Shown: piece after piece, positions 1 through 8,777 of the stretch
How the letters are laid out: each line of letters opens with the position of its first letter
How positions within the stretch are numbered: the stretch's first letter is position 1
NCBI GenBank assembly: GCA_965368165.1
Contig: CBDULT010000010.1
Location: 8,773 to 72,772 of the forward strand
Reading direction: 5' to 3'
Length of the DNA stretch: 64,000 nucleotides
From: an uncultured Thalassospiraceae bacterium
GTDB taxonomy: Bacteria > Pseudomonadota > Alphaproteobacteria > Rhodospirillales > JAPHRK01
Notes under the pieces: generated by a model
Seen by the model: the letters and a program-made list of their open reading frames with translations, nothing else
Database searches by the model: none
What the model was told of the DNA's origin: nothing
Made by a program: the position numbers and the translations under genes

Positions 1-204
1 ATACTCTTTGGCGACTTCAAGGACACCGACAATTTGTTTTTCTTTAACCGAATGATAGAAAAAAGCCTGATCGCCAAGGGACATGGCCTTCATATTATTG
101 CAGGCCTGATAGTTTCGAACCCCATCCCACTCGGCGACACCCGCCTTCACATGATCCTCCCAGGACCAGCATCCAGGTTCCGATTTAACCAACCAATAAG
201 CCAT
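1..204 (-). CDS. EVE (PUA-like) domain protein, first 68 codons only; the gene continues beyond the left window edge
   Basis: Absent from the ORF track because it is open at the edge. My translation of the reverse strand from ATG at 204 gives MAYWLVKSEPGCWSWEDHVKAGVAEWDGVRNYQACNNMKAMSLGDQAFFYHSVKEKQIVGVLEVAKEY. This has the conserved N-terminal pattern of EVE / thymocyte-nuclear-protein-1-like proteins (WLxKSEP, WDGVRNYQA, GDxxFFYHS). Confidence 0.75.
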   Translation of the reverse strand, partial: MAYWLVKSEPGCWSWEDHVKAGVAEWDGVRNYQACNNMKAMSLGDQAFFYHSVKEKQIVGVLEVAKEY

Positions 205-278
205 ACCACCTCCGAATATACATCACTTTTATATTGGAATGGTTTTAGGGGGTTTTCAATGGTTTCTCTGATTTAACC

Positions 279-521
279 TTAAGCTTTCGCTTTAACTTTT
301 GTCTTAACTTTCTTTTTCTTTGCGGCTAATTTTTCAGCATCAGCCTTTTCTTTTTCTTCTTTTTCTTTGGCTTCTTTAGCCATACGCAGGGCGCGCAATT
401 TAGAAACTTGTTGAACTCGTTCCTGATGGGCGGCTTCTTTTTCTTTATGCACTTGCTTGGCGTGCTTCTTGAGAGCAACGGTACGATCTTCAGTATTTGC
501 TGACATAATTGGCTTGCGCAT
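279..521 (-). CDS. small basic Lys/Glu/Ala-rich protein, function unknown
   Basis: ORF track 279..566. I prefer ATG at 521 (MRKPIMSANTEDR...) because AGAGG (cctct on + at 531-535) lies 9 nt upstream. The C-terminal half is a charged low-complexity tail (KEAKEKEEKEKADAEKLAAKKKKVKTKVKAKA). No family recognised. Confidence 0.5.
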   Translation of the reverse strand: MRKPIMSANTEDRTVALKKHAKQVHKEKEAAHQERVQQVSKLRALRMAKEAKEKEEKEKADAEKLAAKKKKVKTKVKAKA

Positions 522-741
522 ATTGGTAATCCTCTGCTGCGAAATAGATGCCCTCAAATCACGCATCTACATTTCGGACTTAGACCCGTCGTCTTGGGGG
601 GGCAATATTTGGGTCTGATTGGAATAGCCCGTCTTTGCCTTCGTATTTATGATATTATTTCCAGCAAGGGTTGAGGCCCTCAATTGGATGTATTTTCTTC
701 TGTCGTAGGACGACAGTTTTTCTTATTTTTTTCTAAACAAC

Positions 742-765
742 CGCCTCCACCCTAAGATGGAGGCG
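742..765 (-). terminator. hairpin downstream of cspA, putative terminator
   Basis: CGCCTCCA (742-749) pairs with TGGAGGCG (758-765) around an 8-nt loop, 16 nt after the cspA stop. On the minus strand it is followed by GUUGUUUAGAAAAAAA, which is only moderately U-rich. Confidence 0.45.
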
Positions 766-781
766 TGATGCTTATGATCGA

Positions 782-991
782 TTAATCAGCGAGAGAGAGA
801 TTCTCTGCAGAAGATTTACCGTTTTGGCCACGTTGAAGTTCGTAAGACACTTTTTGGCCTTCGTTCAACGAGCTAAGCCCAGCGCGTTCTACGGCTGAGA
901 TATGAACAAACACATCGTTTGCGCCATCTTCTGGCTCAATGAAGCCAAAACCTTTGGTTGGGTTGAACCATTTTACAGTACCTGTAGACAT
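782..991 (-). CDS. cspA: cold-shock protein, CspA family
   Basis: 69 aa. [32 protein letters not shown] carries the RNP1/RNP2 motifs of the cold-shock domain. Confidence 0.95.
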   Translation of the reverse strand: MSTGTVKWFNPTKGFGFIEPEDGANDVFVHISAVERAGLSSLNEGQKVSYELQRGQNGKSSAENLSLAD

Positions 992-1141
992 AATAATATT
1001 CCTCTAACATAAATGTTGTAACGAGCCTCACACACCGTGATGGCCCGGTTAAATCGACGTCCACATTGTCAGGGGATAACTAAACTAATCAGCGTACTTT
1101 TTATCTAGGCAGCACAAAACAATCGTAACACGTATGCAGCC

Positions 1142-1169
1142 TATTTACGCTTAATTCCAAATAAGTCAA
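1142..1169 (-). promoter_or_regulatory. candidate sigma70 promoter for cspA with a long 5' UTR
   Basis: The minus strand reads TTGACT (complement of 1164-1169), 16 nt, TAAATA (complement of 1142-1147). This would give a ~140-nt leader, as is typical for cspA-family genes. Sequence match only. Confidence 0.3.
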
Positions 1170-1322
1170 TGCTCTATACTGTTTTTGAGATTTTTAAGAA
1201 AATAAATATTGCTAGATATTCAAACTAAAAGTTGAATAATAAACGGTAAATAATGAATGTTAACAGGTAGTTAGATTTTTTAATCTGGATAATAAAAATT
1301 TAAGGGGCCTGGCAATAAATTT

Positions 1323-1343
1323 AAAAAAACTTGGCCCCCCAAG
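1323..1343 (-). terminator. small intrinsic terminator after the glycosyltransferase remnant
   Basis: The minus strand reads CTTGG-GGGG-CCAAG followed by TTTTTTT (complement of 1323-1329), about 40 nt downstream of the remnant ORF stop at 1381. Confidence 0.4.
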
Positions 1344-1380
1344 GAATTTTCTCATGAAATAAAGAACTTCAATATTAAGG

Positions 1381-1665
1381 TCATCTTTCAAATTTATGCC
1401 AAGACCAAATATAGTTTTCGCTATAGCTTTGCCCCATTGTTGTTTCAATCAGGTATTTTGCTACCTTAATTTCATTGAATTCAGCATGTATTTTATGCCA
1501 ACCATTTTTAGCGACACGCTGACGCTCTCCTTCATTTTCCTTAAAGTACTTAATTTTAGAAACCAGTTCTTCATAGGTCTCATAAAAGGCTAATTCATCA
1601 TCCCAGAAGTTGCAGTAACTCAGCAATATTCTTAGAAAGAAATCATACAAAAAGGGGCCCTCCAT
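1381..1665 (-). pseudogene. C-terminal fragment of a group-1 / CgeB-like glycosyltransferase (gene remnant)
   Basis: The 94-aa ORF sits in a visibly AT-rich patch. The segment ..YETYEELVSKIKYFKENEGERQRVAKNGWHKIHAEFNEIKVAKYLIE.. looks like the extreme C-terminus of GT1/DUF3880-type glycosyltransferases, and no catalytic N-terminal part is present. The nominal N-terminus (MEGPFLY) is encoded by the sdh terminator hairpin itself. Confidence 0.4.
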
Positions 1666-1679
1666 TGAAAGGCCCCTTT
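1651..1679 (-). terminator. rho-independent terminator of the sdhCDAB operon
   Basis: AAAGGGGCC (1651-1659) pairs with GGCCCCTTT (1671-1679) around an 11-nt loop. On the minus strand the GC stem is followed by UUUUUGU, 24 nt after the sdhB stop. Confidence 0.65.
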
Positions 1680-1702
1680 AAAATCAATCTGAAACGCTGT
1701 TT

Positions 1703-2488
1703 TTAAAGCTGGCGTTCGATCATCATTTTTTTGGTTTCTGCAATCGCTTTGCCGGGGTTTAAGCCTTTAGGGCAGGTTTGAGTGCAGTTCAAAATGGTGT
1801 GGCAACGATAGAGCCGGAAGGGGTCTTCCAGGTTATCCAGACGCTTGCCTGTGGCTTCATCGCGGCTATCGACCAACCAACGGTAAGCCTGCAACAGAAT
1901 TGCCGGGCCGAGATAACCATTTTCACCATTCCACCAGTAGCTTGGGCAACTGGTTGAGCAGCTAAAGCACAAGATACATTCCCACAAACCATCAAGCTTG
2001 GCCCGGTCTTCAACAGACTGGAGGCGTTCGCCGTTGGCTGGAGGGGCGGTATCTGCTTGAATCCAAGGCTCAATTTCCCGGTATTGAGCGTAAGGGGTGC
2101 TCAGGTCAGGCACCAAATCTTTGATCACGGGCATATGAGGCAGCGGGTAGATTTTAACATCGCCTTTAATATCCTCAAGGGGCTTCAAGCAAGCCAGGGT
2201 ATTGGTACCGTCAATGTTCATGGCGCATGACCCGCAAATACCTTCCCGGCAAGAACGCCGGAAAGTCAGAGTAGGGTCTACTTCATTTTTGATCTTGATC
2301 AGAACATCCAGGACCATCGGGCCGCAGTCATCAAGATCAATATCGAACTTATCGATGGTCGGGTTGTTACCTGAATCGGGATCAAAACGATAGATCTCGA
2401 TGGTTCTTACATTTTTAGCCCCCTCTGGAGCTTGGGTGTGGTTCCCTTGTGAGGGGACCGAGTTAGCCGGAAGAGAAAATTCAGCCAT
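1703..2488 (-). CDS. sdhB: succinate dehydrogenase iron-sulfur subunit
   Basis: 261 aa with three Fe-S Cys clusters: [35 protein letters not shown]. Confidence 0.97.
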   Translation of the reverse strand: MAEFSLPANSVPSQGNHTQAPEGAKNVRTIEIYRFDPDSGNNPTIDKFDIDLDDCGPMVLDVLIKIKNEVDPTLTFRRSCREGICGSCAMNIDGTNTLACLKPLEDIKGDVKIYPLPHMPVIKDLVPDLSTPYAQYREIEPWIQADTAPPANGERLQSVEDRAKLDGLWECILCFSCSTSCPSYWWNGENGYLGPAILLQAYRWLVDSRDEATGKRLDNLEDPFRLYRCHTILNCTQTCPKGLNPGKAIAETKKMMIERQL

Positions 2489-2502
2489 TTTTCAAAATCC
2501 CC

Positions 2503-4293
2503 TTAGTAGACCCGTGCCTTAGGCACAACGTAGTCGATTTCATCAGTCAGGGTGTAAGTATGCACCGGACGATAATCCAAGGTTACCTTGTTCTTATCAT
2601 CCACCCAAGCCAAGGTATGTTTCATCCAGTTTTCGTCATCACGATCTGGATAATCCTCATGGGCATGAGCCCCGCGACTTTCATGGCGGGCTTCGGCACC
2701 ATTGATGGTGGTCAAAGCACAGCCCATAAGATTTTCAAGCTCAAGGGTTTCCATGAGGTCCGAGTTCCAGATGAGGGAGCTGTCGGAGACATGAAGGTCA
2801 CTAAGTTTATTAGCAACCTCGTCCATAAGCCCGCAACCTTCCTTGAGAACCTCAGCGGTCCTAAAGACAGCGGCGTTGTTCTGCATGGTTTTTTGCATTT
2901 CAAGACGTACATCAGCAGTCCTGAGAGAGCCTTGAGCAAAGCGCAGTTTGTCGAGACGCCCAAGAGAAAAATCAGCACTGTCTTTCGCCAAAGCTTTGTG
3001 GGATGCCCCTGCTTTAACAACTTCACTGGCCCGGATGGCCGCTGCACGTCCGAAGACCACGATATCAAGCAGGGAGTTTGTGCCCAGGCGGTTAGCCCCG
3101 TGAACAGAAACACTGGCACATTCGCCGATGGCCATAAGGCCCGGACAAACCGCATCAGGATCATCTTTAGTGGGTCGCAAAACTTCCCCATGATAGTTGG
3201 TTGGAATACCACCCATGTTGTAGTGAACCGTCGGCAGAACCGGAATAGGCTCTTTGGTCGCATCCACGCCGGCAAAAATCTTCGCCGTTTCGGTGATACC
3301 TGGCAGGCGTTCCCAAAGAACGTCAGAGCCAAGGTGTTCAAGATGGAGGAAGATATGGTCGTTTTCTTTCCCAACACCGCGCTTGTCGCGAATTTCCATG
3401 GTCATGGCCCGGGAAACGACATCGCGCGACGCCAAATCTTTGGCGCTTGGTGCGTAGTTTTCCATAAACCGTTGACCTTCGGAGTTGGTCAGATAACCGC
3501 CTTCACCCCGCGCCCCTTCGGTGATCAAACAGCCTGAGCCGTAAATACCCGTGGGGTGGAATTGAACGAATTCATGATCTTGAACAGGCAAGCCAGCCCG
3601 AAGGGCCATTCCGTTACCATCACCCGTACAAGTGTGTGCGGAGGTGCAGGAGAAGAAGGCCCGACCATATCCGCCCGTTGCCAATACCACTTGGTGAGCG
3701 CGGAAACGGTGAATGGTACCATCGTCCAGGTTCCAGGCCATAACGCCTCGGCAGGTGCCATCAGCATCCATGATCAGGTCCATGGCAAAATATTCAACGA
3801 AGAACTGAGCGTCATATTTCAGACATTGCTGGTACAAGGTATGCAAAATAGCGTGACCTGTACGGTCAGCCGCAGCACAAGCACGTTGGACTGGTTTCTC
3901 ACCAAAGTTGCTCATGTGACCGCCGAAAGGACGCTGGTAAATTTTGCCCTCTTCGTTGCGGGAGAAAGGCACACCGAAGTGCTCCAACTCATGAACAGCC
4001 GGAATGGCGTTACGGCACATATATTCGATAGCGTCTTGGTCGCCGAGCCAGTCGGACCCCTTCACCGTATCATACATATGCCATTGCCAGCTATCTTCGG
4101 CCATATTGCCAAGTGCGGCACCCACGCCCCCTTGAGCGGCCACTGTGTGGCTACGGGTTGGGAATACTTTAGTGATACAGGCAGTTTTAAGGCCAGCGGC
4201 GGTCATGCCGAGGGTGGCGCGAAGACCTGCTCCGCCAGCACCAACAACAACCACGTCATAATCGTGGTCAATAATTTTATAAGCTTCGGTCAT
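2503..4293 (-). CDS. sdhA: succinate dehydrogenase flavoprotein subunit
   Basis: 596 aa with the FAD fold [13 protein letters not shown] and the covalent-FAD His context [10 protein letters not shown]. Confidence 0.97.
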   Translation of the reverse strand: MTEAYKIIDHDYDVVVVGAGGAGLRATLGMTAAGLKTACITKVFPTRSHTVAAQGGVGAALGNMAEDSWQWHMYDTVKGSDWLGDQDAIEYMCRNAIPAVHELEHFGVPFSRNEEGKIYQRPFGGHMSNFGEKPVQRACAAADRTGHAILHTLYQQCLKYDAQFFVEYFAMDLIMDADGTCRGVMAWNLDDGTIHRFRAHQVVLATGGYGRAFFSCTSAHTCTGDGNGMALRAGLPVQDHEFVQFHPTGIYGSGCLITEGARGEGGYLTNSEGQRFMENYAPSAKDLASRDVVSRAMTMEIRDKRGVGKENDHIFLHLEHLGSDVLWERLPGITETAKIFAGVDATKEPIPVLPTVHYNMGGIPTNYHGEVLRPTKDDPDAVCPGLMAIGECASVSVHGANRLGTNSLLDIVVFGRAAAIRASEVVKAGASHKALAKDSADFSLGRLDKLRFAQGSLRTADVRLEMQKTMQNNAAVFRTAEVLKEGCGLMDEVANKLSDLHVSDSSLIWNSDLMETLELENLMGCALTTINGAEARHESRGAHAHEDYPDRDDENWMKHTLAWVDDKNKVTLDYRPVHTYTLTDEIDYVVPKARVY

Positions 4294-4299
4294 TTGGTA

Positions 4300-4674
4300 T
4301 CAGCCTCCAACGCCGACCTTGAGAACGGAAACAACGGAGAAAACCCCGAGGAAGAAGCTGCCAAATCTTACAGCAACCAAACAGGCGATCTCTACTGGTT
4401 TGTCATGAATGTAATCTTCAATCACCATGTTTAGGCCCATATTGATGTGCCAGAACAAAGCAACGATATAACAGATGATCAGGGTTAAAGTGCCCGGCGC
4501 GGACATCCACTCTTTGTAGGCCGCATAATCAGCACCAACACCCGAAAGAATAGAATAAATGATCCACAGGGTCAGCGGGAACAGAGCCAAAGCAGTGAGG
4601 CGTTCGGCCCACCAGGTTGACGCACCGCTCTTTGAAGAGCCGAGACCGCGAACGTTTGCTAACTTACTACGCAT
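4300..4674 (-). CDS. sdhD: succinate dehydrogenase hydrophobic membrane anchor subunit
   Basis: 124-aa polytopic membrane protein between sdhC and sdhA. Confidence 0.85.
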   Translation of the reverse strand: MRSKLANVRGLGSSKSGASTWWAERLTALALFPLTLWIIYSILSGVGADYAAYKEWMSAPGTLTLIICYIVALFWHINMGLNMVIEDYIHDKPVEIACLVAVRFGSFFLGVFSVVSVLKVGVGG

Positions 4675-4692
4675 TTTCTCAAATCCCCCCTT

Positions 4693-5067
4693 TTAAGCGA
4701 TCAACCAAGTGATGACAGCCAAAATAATAGAGCAAACGACGACCGCCTTACCGGAGCCATGGTACTGCTCTTGCTCGAAACCTTTGCCCATATCCCAGAA
4801 CAGGTGGCGCAGACCATTGCACATGTGAAAATACACCGCAAAAGTCCAGCCAAAGAGGAAGGTTATGCCCAGCCAAGAGGTCATGAGCTCAGTGGCTGCG
4901 GCAAAAGCCTCAGCTCCATAGGCGGCAGCGCCAATCCAATAGACAAAGAAAATGCTGCCAAATGCCATTCCAACGCCGGTTATGCGGTGGAAAATGGATA
5001 GGATGGAAGTAATTTGAGGCCGGTACACCTGAAGGTGGGGTGATAACGGCCGATTCCCGGTTGTCAT
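4693..5067 (-). CDS. sdhC: succinate dehydrogenase cytochrome b556 subunit
   Basis: 124 aa. The N-terminus RPLSPHLQVYRPQITSILSIFHRITGV is typical of SdhC. Confidence 0.9.
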   Translation of the reverse strand: MTTGNRPLSPHLQVYRPQITSILSIFHRITGVGMAFGSIFFVYWIGAAAYGAEAFAAATELMTSWLGITFLFGWTFAVYFHMCNGLRHLFWDMGKGFEQEQYHGSGKAVVVCSIILAVITWLIA

Positions 5068-5646
5068 GATCGCGCCCCTCTAGAAACAAAAATATCTGTA
5101 AAACAGAATTTCGCGCTTAGATATAAACTCAAAATAAGAAGACCTGAGATGGCATAACCCCCCCGAAAGAAGTGCATCGACAAGCCATTAAGTTGGTTTA
5201 CCTCCCCATCGCCCTCAAGTCAACGCCATCAACCACATGCGAGCCATGAAATATCTGCAGGAATTGTAAAAAGACGTAAGCTGAGGAGAGAGGACGGTAT
5301 ATCTATGGTTTTCTTACGTAGTTAATTATTACCCTGTGTATACTAGTATAAGGAGTGTTTTTTATAAAGGAGGGTTTCTAGTTGAAGGGGGAGGTATCGA
5401 CCTGAATTCCTTGATCTTTCTGAAACGCCTTGAGATCATCAACCATTTTACTGTTGCCTCAGTCTGACAAAGGCTGATTAGCAGTTTTATACATCTTGGC
5501 CTTGTTGTCATTATATTAGGGGACTTTTTGCAAGGCACTCTTGGTTTTAACCACGTCAGGCTCTGTGGCATTCCACGAAGACCCCATGGGGCTCGACGGG
5601 CTGAACATATTGCTGAAGCCCATCCCAATATCAACCAGTAAAGACT

Positions 5647-6081
5647 CTAGCCAGCCCAGTCGACGATATAGTCTTCTAGGTCTCCGGCGTCCCGTTCGGA
5701 GACAATGCGGCCTTTGACGGATTTTTTCAGTTTATGGACAGTTTCGCGGTCACCACAAACCAGATAATGCCAGGAGGGGAGGTCTTGGCCTTCGTTCAAC
5801 AGGCGATAGGCACAAGTGGAGGGCATCCACTTGAGTTCAGAGATGTTGCGCGGCAGTAATTCGACACAATCAGGGGCAGCAAGGGTGCGGGCCTGATAAT
5901 CCACACAACGACAGGTTTTTAGGTCAAGAAACCGACAGGCGACGTTCGTATAGGCAATATCGCCCGTATCCACATCTTCAAGCTTGTTGAGGCAGCATTT
6001 TGCACAGCCATCACAAAGAGACTCCCATTCTTCCAGGGACATCTCTTTGAGTGACTTGGTTTTCCAGAAAGGTAAATCCAA
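5647..6081 (-). CDS. YcgN-like (UPF0260) Cys-rich protein
   Basis: 144 aa. The pattern WESLCDGCAKCCLNKLED...CRFLD..TCRCVDY matches the UPF0260/YcgN family. Confidence 0.8.
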   Translation of the reverse strand: MDLPFWKTKSLKEMSLEEWESLCDGCAKCCLNKLEDVDTGDIAYTNVACRFLDLKTCRCVDYQARTLAAPDCVELLPRNISELKWMPSTCAYRLLNEGQDLPSWHYLVCGDRETVHKLKKSVKGRIVSERDAGDLEDYIVDWAG

Positions 6082-6095
6082 AAACCGAAACCTAT

Positions 6096-7313
6096 CTAAG
6101 CATTATCACGAATAAATTTATGAATGCGGGGGACGATTTCTTCCCGATAGCGTTTGCCGTTAAAGACACCGTAATGGCCCACTTTCGGCTGGGTGTACTT
6201 TACCCGTTTTTCCTCAGGGATATTAGGGCAAAAATCATGGGCAGCATGGGTTTGGCCTTGGCCTGTAATATCATCACGGGCCCCTTCAATGGTCATCAGC
6301 GCGGTTTGATCGATAGCCTTGGTATTGACCAAACGCCCTTCGCTCATCATTTCACCTTTGGGCAAATCATGGCGTTGAAAAACGGTGGCAACGGTTTGCA
6401 GGTAGAACTCAGCCGGTAAATCCATCACCGCCAAATATTCATCATAGAACTCCCGGTGAGCTGCCGCACTGTCGCCATCGCCTTCAATCAGGTGCTTGTA
6501 CATATCTTTTTGAGCATCTTTATGGCGGTCCAGGTTCATGGAAATGAAGCTGCCAAGCTGCATAAAGCCAGGGTAGACTTTACGCATAAAGCCAGGATAA
6601 AACGCCGGAACGGTAGAGATCATGTTTTTCTCAAACCATTCGATGGGCCGTTGTTCTGCCAGCTTGTTAACTTCCGTTGGGCTTACCCGGGTATCCATTG
6701 GTCCCCCCATCAGGATCATGGAGCGGGGCTTGCAATGGATTTTGTCTTCAGCCATCAAAGCCACAGCCGCCATCACAGGCACACCAGGCTGGCAAACAGC
6801 TAAACAATGGACGTCCGGACCAAGCATTTCCATAAAGTTGGTGACATAGTCAATGTAGGTATCGAGGGTAAACTCGCCCCCAGCGAGAGGAATATTGCGG
6901 GCATTGCGCCAATCGGTGATGTAGACATCATGGTTTGGCAGCAAGTCTTCCACTGTTCCCCGAAGCAAAGTTGCATAGTGCCCAGACAAAGGGGCACAAA
7001 TGAGAACTTTAGGGTCTTTGCGGTCTGTATCGCGCTTAAAATGCAGCAAATTACAAAACCGAAGGCTTAAAACAAATTCTTCCTCAACGGCAACTTCTTT
7101 CCCGTCAATCATGGTTGTATCCAGCCTGAAGTCTGGACGGGCATAATGGCGTAAAGCCCGCGAAACGATTTCAGCTTTTGCCGCAACAGAGCGCCCGAAA
7201 TGTGTATGGGATACGGGCAGCATAGGGTTGCTATAAAGTTCATGAATGACATCAGCCATCACACGCATGGGAGCACTGGCAAAATTTTTGACTTCGTTCA
7301 TTTGATAAAGCAT
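6096..7313 (-). CDS. phaZ: intracellular polyhydroxyalkanoate (PHB) depolymerase
   Basis: 405 aa. The N-terminus MLYQMNEV..ASAPMR and the overall alpha/beta-hydrolase layout are typical of alphaproteobacterial intracellular PhaZ. Confidence 0.85.
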   Translation of the reverse strand: MLYQMNEVKNFASAPMRVMADVIHELYSNPMLPVSHTHFGRSVAAKAEIVSRALRHYARPDFRLDTTMIDGKEVAVEEEFVLSLRFCNLLHFKRDTDRKDPKVLICAPLSGHYATLLRGTVEDLLPNHDVYITDWRNARNIPLAGGEFTLDTYIDYVTNFMEMLGPDVHCLAVCQPGVPVMAAVALMAEDKIHCKPRSMILMGGPMDTRVSPTEVNKLAEQRPIEWFEKNMISTVPAFYPGFMRKVYPGFMQLGSFISMNLDRHKDAQKDMYKHLIEGDGDSAAAHREFYDEYLAVMDLPAEFYLQTVATVFQRHDLPKGEMMSEGRLVNTKAIDQTALMTIEGARDDITGQGQTHAAHDFCPNIPEEKRVKYTQPKVGHYGVFNGKRYREEIVPRIHKFIRDNA

Positions 7314-7376
7314 GGGATACCGTCAATCAGACAAAAAGTGGAAAGATTAGAAACTATCTTAAAATGCCTTATTTTT

Positions 7377-7391
7377 TGTTGCAGTGCAACA
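7377..7391. promoter_or_regulatory. perfect 15-bp palindrome TGTTGCA-G-TGCAACA, operator-like site upstream of phaZ
   Basis: Read directly from the sequence, centred ~70 bp upstream of the phaZ ATG. A near-identical copy lies at 33953-33967 and the same half-sites at 33879-33898. Confidence 0.5.
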
Positions 7392-7445
7392 TAATTATTA
7401 GGGCTTTGTAATATAAAGATTATTTTATGCTGATCATTTGTGTTT

Positions 7446-8768
7446 TTAGAAAACCCGGTCGATTATATGCAGAAAAGATCCACAAACTCGCCCTTTGACC
7501 AAGCCAGCAAAGCCTTTGGACTGTCCAGAAGCATCTTCGCAATCAAACAATTTTTGCCCTTCTGCCCTTATCACTGAGGCATAATGGAACTCATGGCCCT
7601 TAAAAGCACCGCCTTTGGACCCAAGGGGGGTTTCATTCATAAGAACACCGCGACGATAGCCTAAATGGAGCTTTCGCTGAGCAAAACTGGTTTCCAGATC
7701 AAGCAGCCCCGCCATCTCATGGCTCTGGCCTTCACCATCGGTCAGGGTTTTGCCTAAAACCATATAGCCACCACACTCGCCAAATATAGCCGCCCCTTTT
7801 TGGGCTGACTGACCTAACCCCGTCAGAAATTTTTTGTTCGCAGCCAGTTGAGCACCATGCAGTTCTGGATATCCACCGGGGAGATATACGGCGTCCGCCT
7901 CCTCCTTGGGGGCTTCATTGGCCAAAGGGGAGAAAAAACTGACTTCTGCTCCCGCCTGCCGCCATCCTTGCAAGGTGAGAGGATAGTGAAACTGAAAAGC
8001 CTGATCTTGGGCAACGGCAATACGCTGTCCTAAGGGAAGCAAAGGGCTGCCTTGACCTTCTGTTTTGGGTGTCCAGGGACCCGCCAACGCCCGAAGAGCC
8101 GCCACATCAATATGCTCTTCAACCAAAGCGGCGGCCCCATCGATAAATTGCTCAAGGTCTGGGTGTTCCACCGCCTGGACCAACCCCAAATGTCGGGATG
8201 GCAGCTTAAGGGTGCCCTTCAAAGGCAAGCACCCAAGAACCGGAATCTCCGGCAAGGCCGCTGCCATGGCTTCATTGAGAATTCGGGCATGACTGTCAGA
8301 ACCCACCCGATTGAATATCACCCCGCCAATACGAACATCTTTGCGATGGGAGGCAAAGCCCCGCACCACCGCAGCGGCTGAGCCGGCCTGGGCTCGGGCA
8401 TCAACCACCAGGACCACAGGCCAGCCACTTATGGCAGCCATATGGGCTGTTGACCCGTCTGCGGATTCTCCCGCTTTGACAAAGGCCCCATCAAAAAGTC
8501 CCATCACCCCTTCACACACCACCATCTCAGCTCCGTCAGCAACCGAAGCGGCGGCACCATTGAGGGTTTCCGGGCGCATAGCCCAGGCATCCAGGTTATG
8601 GCAGGGGCGTCGTGAGGCGGTGCTGTGAAAAGCCGGGTCGATATAGTCAGGCCCGACCTTAGCCGACGCCACCTTGACTCCTTGCTGGGAGAGGTAACGC
8701 AACAAACCAAGGGTGACGACGGTCTTGCCACTGCCCGAAGAGGGGGCTGCTATGATGAGGCCCTGCAT
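7446..8768 (-). CDS. cobB: cobyrinate / hydrogenobyrinate a,c-diamide synthase
   Basis: 440 aa with an N-terminal ATP-binding region (APSSGSGKTVVTLGLL) and a C-terminal glutamine amidotransferase-like domain (ECGGYMVLG). Confidence 0.9.
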   Translation of the reverse strand: MQGLIIAAPSSGSGKTVVTLGLLRYLSQQGVKVASAKVGPDYIDPAFHSTASRRPCHNLDAWAMRPETLNGAAASVADGAEMVVCEGVMGLFDGAFVKAGESADGSTAHMAAISGWPVVLVVDARAQAGSAAAVVRGFASHRKDVRIGGVIFNRVGSDSHARILNEAMAAALPEIPVLGCLPLKGTLKLPSRHLGLVQAVEHPDLEQFIDGAAALVEEHIDVAALRALAGPWTPKTEGQGSPLLPLGQRIAVAQDQAFQFHYPLTLQGWRQAGAEVSFFSPLANEAPKEEADAVYLPGGYPELHGAQLAANKKFLTGLGQSAQKGAAIFGECGGYMVLGKTLTDGEGQSHEMAGLLDLETSFAQRKLHLGYRRGVLMNETPLGSKGGAFKGHEFHYASVIRAEGQKLFDCEDASGQSKGFAGLVKGRVCGSFLHIIDRVF

Positions 8769-8777
8769 CGCCTATTT

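Noticed and set aside
2560-3537. 325-aa ORF on the + strand, along with many other long ORFs antisense to sdhA, cobB, cobA, purH, capD-like, rsmB, htpX, amtB, pat and ftsK
   Set aside because: All lie entirely inside, and antisense or out of frame to, strongly recognisable genes. Their translations are Arg/Pro/Ser/Gly-rich with no recognisable motifs, which is typical of shadow ORFs.
5362-5634. 90-aa ORF upstream of sdhC
   Set aside because: It has a non-ATG start directly in frame after the ycgN-like stop, a W/C/R-rich unnatural composition, and no RBS.
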